From NCBI RefSeq assembly GCF_032062105.1, contig NW_026937591.1, positions 1 through 64,000 of the forward strand: a stretch of DNA of 64,000 nucleotides. The letters run 5' to 3'. Under the pieces are notes generated by a model, which worked only from the letters and a program-made list of their open reading frames with translations, was not told where the DNA came from and ran no database searches. Each line of letters starts with the position of its first letter. The first letter of the stretch is position 1. Source of the DNA: Saccostrea cucullata (lineage: Eukaryota). Shown here piece after piece: positions 50,024-62,989 of the stretch. The translations under genes and the position numbers were made by a program.

Positions 50024-51076
50024 ATCAGCATTTTTAATAAAACAAAGAATGTGACACATTGTTATTATTGCCAACAGTAAAAAAAGAACATTTGATTTTT
50101 TTTAATTCATCAATATCAAAATGTGCAGGTACTAGTAATACTTATATGATAGTGTTGCATTATGCATGTACTATGCCTAAATAGTAGGCAGGGTTTGACA
50201 CATGGTGCACGAGCCGGAGGTGAGTGCACTATGTGTCAAACCCTGCCTACTATTTAGGCATAGTACATGCATAATACAACACTATTGTTATTATTATGCT
50301 GACTGTTGTAATTATTTATGCGGCAATCCAATCCATTTGACTTTTTCCTGAAAATATCGGTGCTAACACAGCGCACTTGCAAGAACTCATTCAAAATCTT
50401 CATGCTAAAATTGGTTGCATTCTTACTTATTTTGGTTACTAATATTTTCTCTAAATAGGTCGGGATTTTCTGTCCCAAAGCAACTCATCTTTATTTTCTG
50501 TTTTGTTAGTAAGATTTATTTGTTTGCAGACGTCGATTCTCATTGATAATTTTCTTTTACATCCTTCAATCAAGCGTCATATAAAAAAGCGTTTTAATGA
50601 CCCTATGAAATCAGTTCATCTAACGATCTGTATGTAATTAGTTTGAATCTTTGTTGTACACATTAATCTAAGGTTCCTTAGAATAATATAACTGTTTTCA
50701 AATAATATTAGTCTATTTTCTCCTTCTTGTGTCAATTGTATAAATTAAGATTATATATATAATAAAATTCTAAGAAGTGGTGATCGTCTCTGTGGCGTAA
50801 TCGATAAGGCATCGGAGTGACAATCTCATGGTCGTGAGTTCGATCCCCGGCGTGTGCATTGAAGAATTTTCTTCAATAAATAAAGCCGTGCACTATTTCG
50901 GCATAGTATGCTTACGCTATATAAATCCTTAGACCACTATGCGAGAATAGTAGGGTAGGGGTTATATAGAGACAAACTGACAGGAAGCATAATAATTGTT
51001 CATATGTATCTTTTTTTTTTACTGTTGTCAATAATAACAATGTGTCACATTCTTTGTTTTATTTGAAAATGCTGAT
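50024..51076. mobile_element. Element with ~65-bp inverted ends enclosing a hairpin-ended (Crypton-like) insertion
   Basis: IR 50024-50087 / 51009-51076. Internal 137-bp hairpin at 50149-50285 whose ACTATGCC..AATAGTA motif recurs near 50892 and 50936. Confidence 0.7.
50786..50857 (+). pseudogene. tRNA-derived sequence (pseudo-tRNA or SINE head)
   Basis: A-box TGGCGTAATCG and B-box GAGTTCGATCC at tRNA spacing; stems do not pair. Confidence 0.5.
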
Positions 51077-54000
51077 CAACCGAGCGAATAATTTTAGCAA
51101 TTAAGACGAATTGGTCCGTAGGTGAAACAGGGAATGTTTTGATGTATTTTTACGATCAATGCCGTCAATATTTCTTCCTTTAGTATGCGAACAAAACAAG
51201 GGGATTGTATAGCGACTGCTATGTGGATTTACTAAACCGTATGGAGATAACGAACGGGTTTGGTATATGGTTCTTACTTTTTCACAAGACAATTTGATCC
51301 ATAGATATGATGGGTTTTGATACTAAATTACAATAAAACATGCCAAAAGCGCTGGTATCGCCTGTTTTAGTTTTTATAACTCCAAAGGAATTTTGGGTTA
51401 AGAAAGGTAAGTGCGGTTTTAGGCTAATCATAGTATTCAAAACCTACTTCACAACGAAAGAAGATTTATTGTACATCTCGTGATTGAAAAATATCCTTAT
51501 TATTTATCATTTTATCTTTTTCATTGTATTAATTTAGAAATATTCCAAAACAAGTTGCACCGTGACAGAAATATGAAGACAAAAAATCACCTGGCATTGT
51601 TATTCGGTCGCGCTATGACCTCTGACCCCCAAATGAAATTCACACAGAATTGAACATATTTTCAATAGGTTCATCTAAGAAAGATATCTGCATTGGAATG
51701 TTGAATCTGATCACGTGCTAAATATTTTTTTTCACCATAGTTAATCATGAATAATATTTCAAATGATAAAATTACTGAATTTTAAATTTAATATAAAAAC
51801 TTATTTTTTATCTTAAATAATTACAAGAATGCAAATGTATTGTATTTAATAAATTTCAGATTTGATCAGTGCAATGTATTACATAAAGCAATTCAAATCT
51901 AAAATTAATTGAAAAAAAACTCTATTACGTTTTTTTCTTTTATTTGCTGATACATGTTATACAGTTTTTTTTCTCATTTTATTTTATTTATTTATTTATT
52001 TTATTTTTATTTCTTATTATTTTTTTATTTTTATTTATTTATTTATATATTCATCTTTGTTGTTGTTTGAAAATCCCAGTAACCGCCGTAAATATGAAAT
52101 CTGTCGAATGATTTCGAAGTGTTTGAGAATACTAGACGTAAATGAAACTTGGACAGAAGACAAATACAAAGCTTAACAATTGCTATCTTCCGCGGGATAC
52201 TTGCTTTTTTGAAAATATATCTTACAAATACCGAAAAAAGACGTGACCTACATCGCTTCTGACTCCGAAGCGGTGAAAAGCTACTACCCCATACGTTGAA
52301 AACGACTCCCCCATACTTTTTAGCGACTCCCCCGCGTTACCCCTTGTATACGGTGAATTTCCATGTTGTATTAGTAATGAAGTTTGGGCGGGACATTCAT
52401 TTTTTTTCACCAGGCACATAATGACCAAAACTCTTCCTTATCCTAATTTTAAAAAAATAGCAAGAATATACATGAAACAAAACAAAACCATGTAAATATA
52501 TTAAAGCAATTTGTGGAAGGGGTTACTCCATGTAGTTAGAAACCTTGTGTAAAATTTTATTATAGTATGGGGTAATTTTTTATTAGAGAAATTAATTGCA
52601 TGTGTCTATATAATATGATATACTGTCAAAATTGATGCAAAACATATTTTAAAATCAATTTCAAAGTCCGGTGGAAAGTAAATTTGATTTCGGAATATTC
52701 AACATGTCCAATAAACTTTTTTTTAATTAGACTTAAAAACATTATACGAAGAAGTATGTCAGTTTGGGACATTAATATATATTACTTTTCCATAATCATA
52801 TTAATGTGTTTTATATCCAAAACAGTACTCCATACAATGTGCGGACCTTATACCCGACAGTATGTAGCAAACAATCTCAATTTCTGTGGGGCGCCTGAAA
52901 GAAATCCTAAAACCATGAAAACTGATTACTTTTTCTATCTAACTCCTGAACAATATTGACATGTCGTGTACAAACTTTCCGAATGTAATACATGTAATTA
53001 CAATGTATTATCGAATGCAACGCATCTTGCGTAACTTTTTCAACTTAAAAAAAGAAAATCATCATCCTTGCAGAGTCCCAAATACATGTAGTCTCTTTAC
53101 AAACACAACTTAAAGGAGAGGCAATTCGGAACGTGAAGGTTTACAGCAATATGAGTTGCATGTTTGACATCGGAAAAGAAATATTTCAAATTTGTTATTA
53201 ACTATTTTAATGACAGGAAAATAGAACGTTTATAAACCTCTGTTGATCATATTTGGTATGGAAGAACTTTTTATAAGCTTTGATTGAAGCAAAATTGAAT
53301 TATTGTCAACCTGTACAAAAATAATTTCTTATATAACACTATATTTTCTCGTGCAAAATATTTCCGCTGAAACATTTTAAAACTTTATTTTGGTCTTTTT
53401 GATCATAAGGGCTTAGATTATTTACAAATTAATCATAATAACACATTTTACCAGCAAAATAGCATTCTCAAAAATGCAGCTCATATTGCTTTAAGTAACG
53501 GATATCTGATAACTGAACTGAAATCACATAGATTTATGGCGTTTGTAGAAAACCTGCTAAGTTGCAGAAAATATTTACATGTTCATTACAAGGATTCAAA
53601 CAAAGATTCACGTTTTTTACATACCAGAAATATGTCTTATCTTCTGTCAGTTCTTTTTACTGTAAATAATGGACATTCATTCTTCTATCGCCACAGAAAA
53701 GAGATCAATTGTAAACACATATGTTTAGGACTTTTTAATCATTTTTCATATTAAGTTTTAAAGGAGACAACAAACTATGAAGACTTGTTCAATTTGAAAT
53801 TCAACTGTTATAAATGTTGTTAAATATAAAAAAAAAATTCGTAGTTAAAATAAAAAGAGGCTGATCTGAGAAAATCACAGACCTTGGAAACACAGAGGGG
53901 TGATCAGGTTGCTTGGTGAGGTTATTTTCCCTGTGGAAGGGAAAAACAGCCGTGAGTCCTTTGTATTGAACATGTCGTTAAAATTAACACGAAAACAATT

Positions 54001-54506
54001 CATGCAATGAATTTGTATGAAACATGTCAGTCAAATCATGAACAAACCTTTAGCATTTACAAACATGGTCATTATAACGAAAATGAATTAGCAGAAAATA
54101 CTGACAATGAAGAATATTACTGAAAGCCCAGTAACATATTCTTATTTGAAAGTGATATGACTGAGTTATTAGAATTCAATCTCTTAGAACGAATATTTTC
54201 GAAACAAATGAGTTTGGAGAAATTTAAGTGTAACTATATATAATACAACCTTAATCTTCTGGAAAGCGAGATTTTTTTTTAGAATAAAAACAATTTTATA
54301 TATAAAGAACAATAACAAACCTAAAAATTGAACATAAATATACATATTTACAAATTTGATCAAATGTAAGGACTCATTTGTGAATTCATATTTTAGATTT
54401 GTTTTAGGAGAATTATATTTCATGAAACAAATTGGTAAATTTTTAAAGCCAAGAATACGAATAAGTTATTTAAAAGCCCTTAAAGACGATATATAAAAAA
54501 TGTTAT

Positions 54507-54811
54507 CATGTGCAGATCTACGGGGGGGGGGGGTCCGAACCCCCATTAGATTGCTTTTTTAAATAATTAATATAAGTGACCCTGGACCCCCCTTCCCAAT
54601 TAGAAAATGCTAATTCCTGAAAAGTTTTAGGTTTCTAGGTTTGAAGCATTAAAATTCAATACCCCCCCCCCCCCGAAAATAGGTTTTTCAAGTTTGGAAA
54701 AGAAGGTTACGGGTTTTTTTTTTTTTGGTTTGTCAGAAAATTTCTGGGTTGTATTGCTTTTGGACTGGGGTGGACCCAACCCCCCTGGAAAAAATCCTTT
54801 ATCCGTGCTTG
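54507..54811. mobile_element. Degenerate poly-G/poly-C short MITE immediately upstream of the BTB copy C coding exon
   Basis: CATGTGCAGATCTA-G run ... C run-TTTATCCGTGCTTG imperfect inverted ends; absent upstream of copy A. Confidence 0.45.
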
Positions 54812-55983
54812 GTTATAATTTTATGTTTTATTTACAGATGACAGAAGTCAAGACTTCGAAAAACTGGCGTTCCGGCCTCAGTCTTCCTGAATGTAACAGA
54901 TATATGCCTAAAAACGAGATCCATTGTGATGTCTCATTCAAGGTTGGAAAAGAAGAGAAGCTTGTTCGCGCTCGTAAATACGTTCTAGCAAGCAGAAGTC
55001 CCGTGTTTGACGCCATGTTGTATGGTGACCTGGCGGAAGCTAACGAAATTAAAATTCCTGAAATTGAACTACCTTCATTTGATGTTCTTCTCAGGTAGAA
55101 AAAGTTTTTTTTGTCCTTTTTTTATGCTCCTTCTGATTAATCCTGATGATATTATAATTTTTCCCATTTTCTTTCAGGTCATTCTTAAGCAGACATCGAG
55201 CTACGTAAACGCATTAATATTGTCACAATGAATTTTGAATGACAGATTACTTAATTGTATGAGAAACGAGACGTGTTTAGCTTTTTATCGTCAACTGTTT
55301 TCTTTTTAAGTAATATCCCGCTATCATCTGTATATGGTGTTAACTTCTTATATGGTGTTAGCTTGTCAGCTTATTCGACATTCAAATGCATGCTTCCAAT
55401 GCGATCAGTTTCTTTATTGTCATTGGTTACTGTCAGATAAGTTTATGTTACAGGAATTTAAATATCATTTAACTTTCGAAATTCTATGGGTATAGTGACC
55501 TTGTAAGCAATTTGAACTTGTCAGTGGGTCTTATTTGTCTGACTTGTTTCATAACAATTGTTTGCTCTTTGATTTATACTGGATATAAACAGAATGTTCC
55601 CTTTACCGTTATCTATACAAAGTAATAAGGGCGGATGCAGAATGCTTATTTTTATTTTGCACGACATCCTACCACGTGGATATACAGGGTCCGTGCTTGA
55701 TATCTTATTTACGGATTGATATTGTTTTTATTTTTTCTTGATCTTTCATTGTTCGTTCTTTATGCGTTTTACATGATTTAACCTGAATGGACCTATTGAA
55801 ATTGTTTTAGTACATAATTGAAACGAAAAACCCTTTCTACTTGAAAGGGCCTTTTGTTTCAATTATTTTTTATCTATTTTTAGTTGCCTCTAAGTAAAGT
55901 ATCACTATATTACAAAAAAAAAAACGATAATGCATGAAAGAAATTCAAAAAAAAAAAATAGAGCTTTGTGTTGTTTTGTTTAA

Positions 55984-56907
55984 GGTAGGATTCTTCTCAT
56001 ATTTCTAATATTTAAAAATTAATGAAATTTTCACAGAATCAAGAAGACAATAGCAGTAAGTGATAGTATCAGTAAAATTAAATTTGACTGCTTTATATTA
56101 GAGGCAAGGTCAGGTCAAGGTCATTATCTTTTTCCTTGACATTAAGAATAAAATATAACTGTTGCCAATCATGTGATACCTACTTCTAATTCAAAATATT
56201 AATAATTGTTCTTTTTGCATAAAAACATATTACTATATCGGGTCTATAGCATGATATTACAAAATTTACATAAATAATTTAACTTAACTGGATATTGGCT
56301 AATCCGAATTTTCTCTGTTTTTCTTAATTTTTTTAGGATATATTAGTTATTTGCAAATGCTTCCTATATTTAACTTTTTCTTATTTTCACATATAATAAA
56401 CAGATAAAGTAGTCTTATAAATGTACAAAATGATACAAAAACAAAAAGTTTTGATCGTTTACTAGGAGAGAAAAAATACTTTTTATGGATTTTTGGCTCA
56501 AATCTGCACTTTGACAGGAAGCGTTTAAAAGTTAATAAAGTTCTAGTTTGTTTGAAAAATCATATTTATTTGATATATTTTGAAAGTTTAGTCCCTCATT
56601 ATTAATCTAACTTACATTTGAAAATTTCTCCAAGTCTTCGATTGTGTAAAAATTATAACTAAATTCATGGTTCTATTATAATTTTGAGAGGCAGAAAAGA
56701 AGATATTTTCATACGCCACCAATCCGCCAAAAATATAGTCCCTGCTAGTTTTCAAACGCAGTTTACCATTTCTATTTAAAGTTGTACAATTGTGATGAGG
56801 AAAGAAAAATATGGTCTTTTAAATTCCTTACACCTCAATATATAAGACATATAAGCAAATATACTTTGAATGTTTCATCTAGTCAGAAACCAGAGAAGAA
56901 TCCTACC
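55984..56907. mobile_element. Kolobok-like MITE, 924 bp
   Basis: TTAA|GGTAGGATTCTTCTC ... GAGAAGAATCCTACC|TTAA, perfect 15-bp TIR. Confidence 0.88.
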
Positions 56908-57269
56908 TTAAATCTGGAATGTAATCGTTTTCCCATTAAATTGCATATTTTTGTATTGTGGAGATGCTGAAGTCAATAAGGATACTGTAATCAGAGCCTT
57001 GTACGCTGCTGAAAAATACGATGTTCAGGCGTTAAAAGAAGCGACGGAATCATACGTAGACAAGAACATTACAAATCAAACTGTTTTGAAATTCTCAGTT
57101 TTTGAAAATGCAAAGTTATTTGGCTTAGAAGCTTTGTCTAAAAAATGCATAGAATTTATTGATGGGAAAGGCGCATCCATGTTTCAATCACCATTTGCCT
57201 TAGAGATAAGTAAGGACACCTTAAAGGAAATTTTATCCTCAGACAACCTAGATATTGAGGAGTTGAATG

Positions 57270-58300
57270 CGCAGCACAGTTAAGGTTGCAAATGGAAATA
57301 TCGGCGATTTTTTAAGATGAAAAATACATACTTTATTAGGATGGGCGATTCCTTTTAGGAATTCACTGATATAAAAAAAATGTTATGTGGTTTAAATCTA
57401 CATGTTGGGGACATCTAGATTTTTCATTTAGACTTGTCATGTGATGTCGACGACACATGACTTTGGCAATTATACTTGCAGTTTAGAGGTCATCTATAAA
57501 TTTCAATATTGCAAGGGCATAACCAAGTTAAAAATCTTAGTCTATTTTATAATCCTTTTCAACACTATATGTAGTTTGTGAAAAGTGCTGCGAACCTATA
57601 TAGATTCCCTTTTTTAATTGGTAAAATTTAATTTGTTGGACGGCAGGTTGAATATTTTGCTGGTCAACTACATTAAATATAGCTATAATTAATTTATTTG
57701 CAAGATTCCAAGAGGTTCGCAGCACTTTTCAAATATCTTAATGCTTCTTGAGTTTATGTGTACAATTTTGACAAGATACATTGAGGGTATGCCCTTGCAA
57801 TAAATCAATTTATTAGGGCCCTTCCATTACTTTTTCAACGAATCTGCATAAAAACACACGAAAGTATCGCTTGTCTGGAGAATGCACGTACATTTTATAA
57901 ATAAAATTCTAAAATGGACATCGCATCCAAGTTAACGGCTTCTTATTTTACTGCAAATAGTATTTCATTTGAGAACAAAAGACATTTTTCATTGTACAAA
58001 ATGAGACTTGATCAGCCTCTCAATGTGTACAAACTGCGTCATTTTTGCGAGATGACGTCACATTGACAAGTGCATTGCGATCGATACATCGTTTATATAC
58101 TGTTTTGTGGGATTTATCAAACGACAAAACTGCATGTAATAGTAAGCTTGTATGTAGTATACAGCTATCCAGCTGTTTGAAATAGCAAATAATTTCATTT
58201 TGTGGTATTTTGAAGACCTTATATTATGTGTGACGTCATAGTAAACATTTCCCGTACAAATTACGCCCCGCCTCCTTACTGTAACCTTAACTGTGCTGCG
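57270..58300. mobile_element. MITE with CGCA terminus and 2-bp TSD (TG), disrupting BTB copy C
   Basis: TIR CGCAGCACAGTTAAGGTTGCA / TGTAACCTTAACTGTGCTGCG; removal restores GAG TTG AAT GTT TAT CAT. Confidence 0.9.
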
Positions 58301-58631
58301 TGTTTATCATTTTCTGAAGGTCAGTGTGAGGTCAAAGGTTTGAGGAAGTCGGATGAAAATATAAGAAATCAGATAGGAGACGCAGTGTATCGAGTCCGTT
58401 TTCAGTTCATGGATCTAGATATGTTTGTTAAAAACGTTTGCAGACGCAACATACTTACTTCGGAAGACAAATTAATTTTGCAGCAAGTGATTGTTGGTAA
58501 CCTGGAGAAAGAAAGCACAAATTTTAGTTTTGGAAAGCGGAAACCTGCATTGAAGACTTGTAATGTTTTACGTAGTAGTAGTCCTTATGAAAGTTGGAGG
58601 TTTTCCGATCATAAAAAACGTAGACAGGATC

Positions 58632-58737
58632 GTCGCACAGTCCCTTATTGGGTGCAGCATTAAGGTCGCACGGTCCCTTATTGGATGCTGCATTGAGGAC
58701 GAGCTGTCCCTTATTGGATGCAGCATTAAGGACGCAT
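58632..58737 (+). repeat. 33-bp minisatellite, ~3 units
   Basis: TCCCTTATTGG(A/G)TGC(A/T)GCATT(A/G)AGG at 58641, 58674 and 58707. Confidence 0.85.
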
Positions 58738-59156
58738 TTCTGTTCCTGATACGTATAAGATTTGGCATAACATGCTTGCAAACTCGATTAAAATAGTAAA
58801 TATACCTTCACAGAATGTAACTCGAGGAAATACGTCCGATATCCAGTTCAATATTGTGTTACAGAAAAACTATACTTTTAACTCCCAACAACGTATTTAA
58901 ACTATGCGTGAAGCTTCAGGGGCCATCAAGCTGGACAGGAACTCTCTTTAAACAATCTGTTTAGGTGTTCAATTTGATTTTTTTCGACATGATGAAAAAA
59001 ATAATGGAACTTCAGATTCCGGTGGACAATTTCCTTGCTTTACCTGTTCATTGCAAAAATAAAAATACCGGATGAAAAAATAAATTTACTGGGGTTTTTT
59101 TTTTTCAAGAAAAAAACTGAATAATTATATTGTTATATATTTTGTAAAAATATGAA

Positions 59157-59607
59157 GGTCTTTCCACCTGCTTATGATGTCATAGGTTTTAGCAAAAACA
59201 TCTATTAATTTAAGTTCATACCAAATAAAACAATATTTTTGAAGAATGCTTATCAAAAGCTAGGTGAAATGATAAATATTGTTAAATAAAAGAATCTTAA
59301 AAATTCATATTTTTCTTAATTTGTTTCCCTGATATTCAAAGTATCTAATACGTAGAAAGTATTTTGGAACTTTCAGCATCAGAGTTATGCATTTGAACCA
59401 GTTTTTACATATTTATTATAGCACAGCTTACAGTAAATGTAAGTTTTTTTAACGTTGAAATGTACTTCTGTTTATTCATGTCTCCAATCTGAGATGATAT
59501 GGCGACCTATAAATGTTTGCAATAATTGGTAAATTTAAAGTATATTAAATGAAAATAATTGTAGTTTTTGTAATTTGATCCATTAAAACTGTAAGGGTAG
59601 AAAAACC
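59157..59607. mobile_element. Kolobok-like MITE (degenerate)
   Basis: TGAA|GGTCTTTCCACC ... GGTAGAAAAACC|TTAA; absent from the paralog near 9165. Confidence 0.6.
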
Positions 59608-59698
59608 TTAAAACATCTCAATTTTCATAATTTTCTCCAAATATATTATGACCTGTAAAGTTTCATTACCAATTTTTATAACAAAACATAAACCACCT

Positions 59699-60200
59699 CA
59701 TCGTCGGAAACCCACGGGTGATCTCGTCTTTACTTATCACCAGTGGGCAAACTGCTGAAATATCGCTGTAAAATATGCTAATTTGTTGTTTTTAGTCAAC
59801 CAATCAGAAAGTTGGAACTCTTCAATTTTGAAAAATACGTTTATTACTTTGCTATTTATGGTAAATAATTTGACCCTCTTGAAAACAATGAAAATCATTT
59901 CGTACAGGTCACTGATATTAATATCCGTCAGATATTATGAAGGAGTACCTCTTTCTAACTGCAAAATGCACCGGTGAGTGGTTTTATCGGCTGTGTTAAC
60001 TACGGAATGAGTTTCTCATGTTTTTGGCAATGCCGAACATGCATACGTAACGTGAACTGTGATTCGTTGTTTCGCATCGCGACTCTGTGATGTGGCCAAT
60101 CAAATGACCCATGCATATTTAATTACATACGACGATTTTTCGGCGAGTTTGCCCATGGGTGATAAGTAAAGACAAGATCACCCGTGGGTTTCCGACGATG
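59699..60200. mobile_element. MITE with 9-bp TSD (MULE-like), 502 bp
   Basis: ~43-bp TIR CATCGTCGGAAACCCACGGGTGATCT.., TSD AAACCACCT, empty site near 9248-9256. Confidence 0.9.
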
Positions 60201-60324
60201 AAACCACCTCAAACATAAAGTTGATTACGGCTACTGTAAATAGACAGAAAATATTCAGGCAAGGATATTGTCAATGAGATTTTAAAACTGAAATATGTTT
60301 CGTAGGTTACATGTTGGTATTTTT

Positions 60325-60690
60325 TAATAATTTTATTTTGGTTGTAACGCTGTATTTGATTGGATGAAAAATTTACTTTATATCATATAAAATAGGTTGC
60401 CTACGTCACAATGAATTTCGTCAAAAACGTATCAATCTGCCAAACGTTACATTCAAATTTTGAACAAATTGAAGTCATTTTGTTAGAACAATCATCTTTT
60501 TTTTCCTACATCAAATGAATGAAAATTAAATTATAAGCAATGAATTTAATAGCTACCCATTTTATACGGTATAAACTGGGTTTGAACAGTTTATGCTTTT
60601 TTATAAACCGCTTCGCGGTTTATAAAGCGTAAACTGTTCCAACCCAGTTTATACCGCATAAAAAGGGTAGCTATTAAATTCATTCCTAAA
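60325..60690. mobile_element. Hairpin-ended (Crypton-like) non-autonomous insertion; boundaries approximate
   Basis: Hairpin 60539-60684 centred on CCGCTTCGCGG; absent from the paralog near 9355-9380. Confidence 0.7.
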
Positions 60691-61103
60691 ATAAAAAAGT
60701 TCAATTCTAGAAAAATGTGACGAAAAAAACAATTCTTGTATTAAATTTGGTGAAAAATTACGTAAAATAGTCAATCATATTTTTTCTAATTTTCAGTTAT
60801 GCAGTAATGTAAATCTCTAAAATCATTCCAAACATAAAAACATTGTTGAGTTTTAATCTCCGAGTTTTGATAACTAAAGGCTGCACATGAGATTTTTTGG
60901 AGAAAGAAAGGCAATTAAATTTGGTGAAAGAAATCATTTTTTTAAAAATCATGAATGAATTATCCATTAAGCAATGGTCCTGATAGTAAATTTGACGATA
61001 CATTTAGATCAGGTGAAAATTCCATCCCCCTTGATCTAAGTACACTGTACATAAACGTGTGCGCTACAAAATACACGCTATGTGTACTAATAGTACTAAC
61101 ATA

Positions 61104-61220
61104 TATTCTGTTCTGTTGAGTCTCTGTGCTTTATATATACCAAGTGGTATCTATCCTGTTTTCATCATCACAAGGTATTCATATGCAAGGACAGGAACAA
61201 CTTGTTCTGTTGAGTTTCTG
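61104..61220 (-). pseudogene. Degenerate IL-17-like exon fragment
   Basis: ATTCTGTTCTGTTGAGT.TCTGTGCTTTAT...GGTAT.CATA..CAAG.ACAGG.ACAACTT matches 38621-38716. Confidence 0.65.
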
Positions 61221-62989
61221 CTCTTGAATGACATGTCCTTTATAACTCGAAATAAAAGAATCAAACTTATCTTTCTTTTTTTTTAATTTCTATACGAAAC
61301 AAAAAATGTCAAAGTGCCAAAAGCACGCATCGATCAACGTAAACTTCGGGAATGACACAAAAGCCTTATTCAGCAACAGACTCGTCCGACAGTCCATATT
61401 GAAAAACTTTATACAAATATTATGGTAAAAGTTTTCTTCGTAATCACATGCACATTTTAAACGAAGGAAATTTTATCAATGACCAATATTCCTTTTCTTT
61501 CCTACATTGATGATATACCGGTATTTCTTTGCACTCGAAATAAAACACCCAATCTTTTCCGTCTAATTTATTTCTCTTATCTAATTTATTTAAAAATGAT
61601 ATTTATCAACTTAAACATGTACCATCAACTAATACACGAGAGTCTCAATTTAATTATAGATATCAAGAAAGAGAATTTAACCTAATTGACGATAATGGAC
61701 AATTATTATGATGACATTTTCTCCTTAATATCTGCTTTACTTCATTGCCTCAAGAAATGCCTCATGTACCTCATTTCAATTTGTTTCCCAAACGTGTATC
61801 CCTTATAGTATAATAATATAATTATTAAGTACAAGGTTTGAATTCAAAATTTAAATTCACTGGATGTATAAACCTGTAAAAAAAGACGTTTTTCATTACA
61901 TTCCAATCAATTTAAATCGACGATTGCACTTGTTTACTTCAATATATTTATCACTCATCCATCAATATTGAAGTTTCTTTCAATGTTTTAAAGAAAAGGT
62001 TGTGCATGCAAACATATATCTATGGAAGATGGAAGAAAAGTGTTTCACATTGTAAAAAATAAATTTTATTTTCATTTTTGTTCATTTTTAATGCCTAAAT
62101 TGCCCCCCCCCTTTCGCAAAAGCGATGAAACGTTTAATATCATTTGTCTGTCCGTCCGTCAGTCTGCCTGTCGGTCTGTCTGTCACAAAACTCTAACCTT
62201 GATAAGGGTGTACATATGTAACACAATATGCCATAAATAATGGCATCCCATCCATTTAGACACCGAGCTCAAGATCAAAAGTCCATAAAACAATGCAAAA
62301 AAGGAGCAGAACAAACACAGACTTCCAAAACATCAGAAGATTGGATGCAGTGAAGGAGTGAGCATTTGATTATTCAATGTCAATGTTTGTTTATTTGATT
62401 CACATTAAATTTCATTAAATTTTATTTATTCTTCACTTGGTAAATACATAATACAACAATTATCATAAGAATGTATCGAATCATTATGATATTTACCTAG
62501 TTATATTTGCACAGCATATAACATTATTACGAAAATTTTATGTTATTATAATTGAAACGAATATTATTTGCTTTCAAAAAAATTTCAAATTAAACAATGA
62601 TCAAAATAGATATGAAATAGTTGAAGAAACAAAATCTGACATATTTTTAAATAAAATCCACAACAAATTCAAAAGAAATATTCTTAATTTATACATCATA
62701 GCACAAAACAAAGAGAATTAGTATATTTATGTATATTTGGTGTCATATTTTTTATGATAGCATCGTGTTTAATGTATGAATATTAATTAATCATAAATGC
62801 AATGTATTACGTAAGCTATTGGGCAATCTACGAATATTCCTTTTATTATTTTTTGTAGCATTGGATAACTTTTGAAAATGATTTTTTTATTTCGTCTGTT
62901 AGGATTATTAGAAGTAAAATTTTAAAAACGTAGCATATTGATTTTTAAAATCAGGATAAACGCAAATAATCAAAATAAATTTTAAAAAA

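Larger units (their letters stand above)
54838..59060 (+). pseudogene. BTB-BACK-PHR pseudogene, copy C (closest to copy A)
   Basis: Exon 54838..55094 is open but has H>R and L>P changes. The next acceptor is mutated (TTGCAT at 56941-56946). MITE inserted at 57270, 13-nt deletion at ~58316, PHR decayed. Confidence 0.85.

Noticed and set aside
50786-50857. Functional tRNA gene
   Set aside because: The acceptor and anticodon stems do not pair.
58524-58781. LNAASNKG repeat ORF as an ankyrin protein
   Set aside because: The period is 11 aa rather than 33 aa; it is an antisense reading of a minisatellite in a pseudogene.
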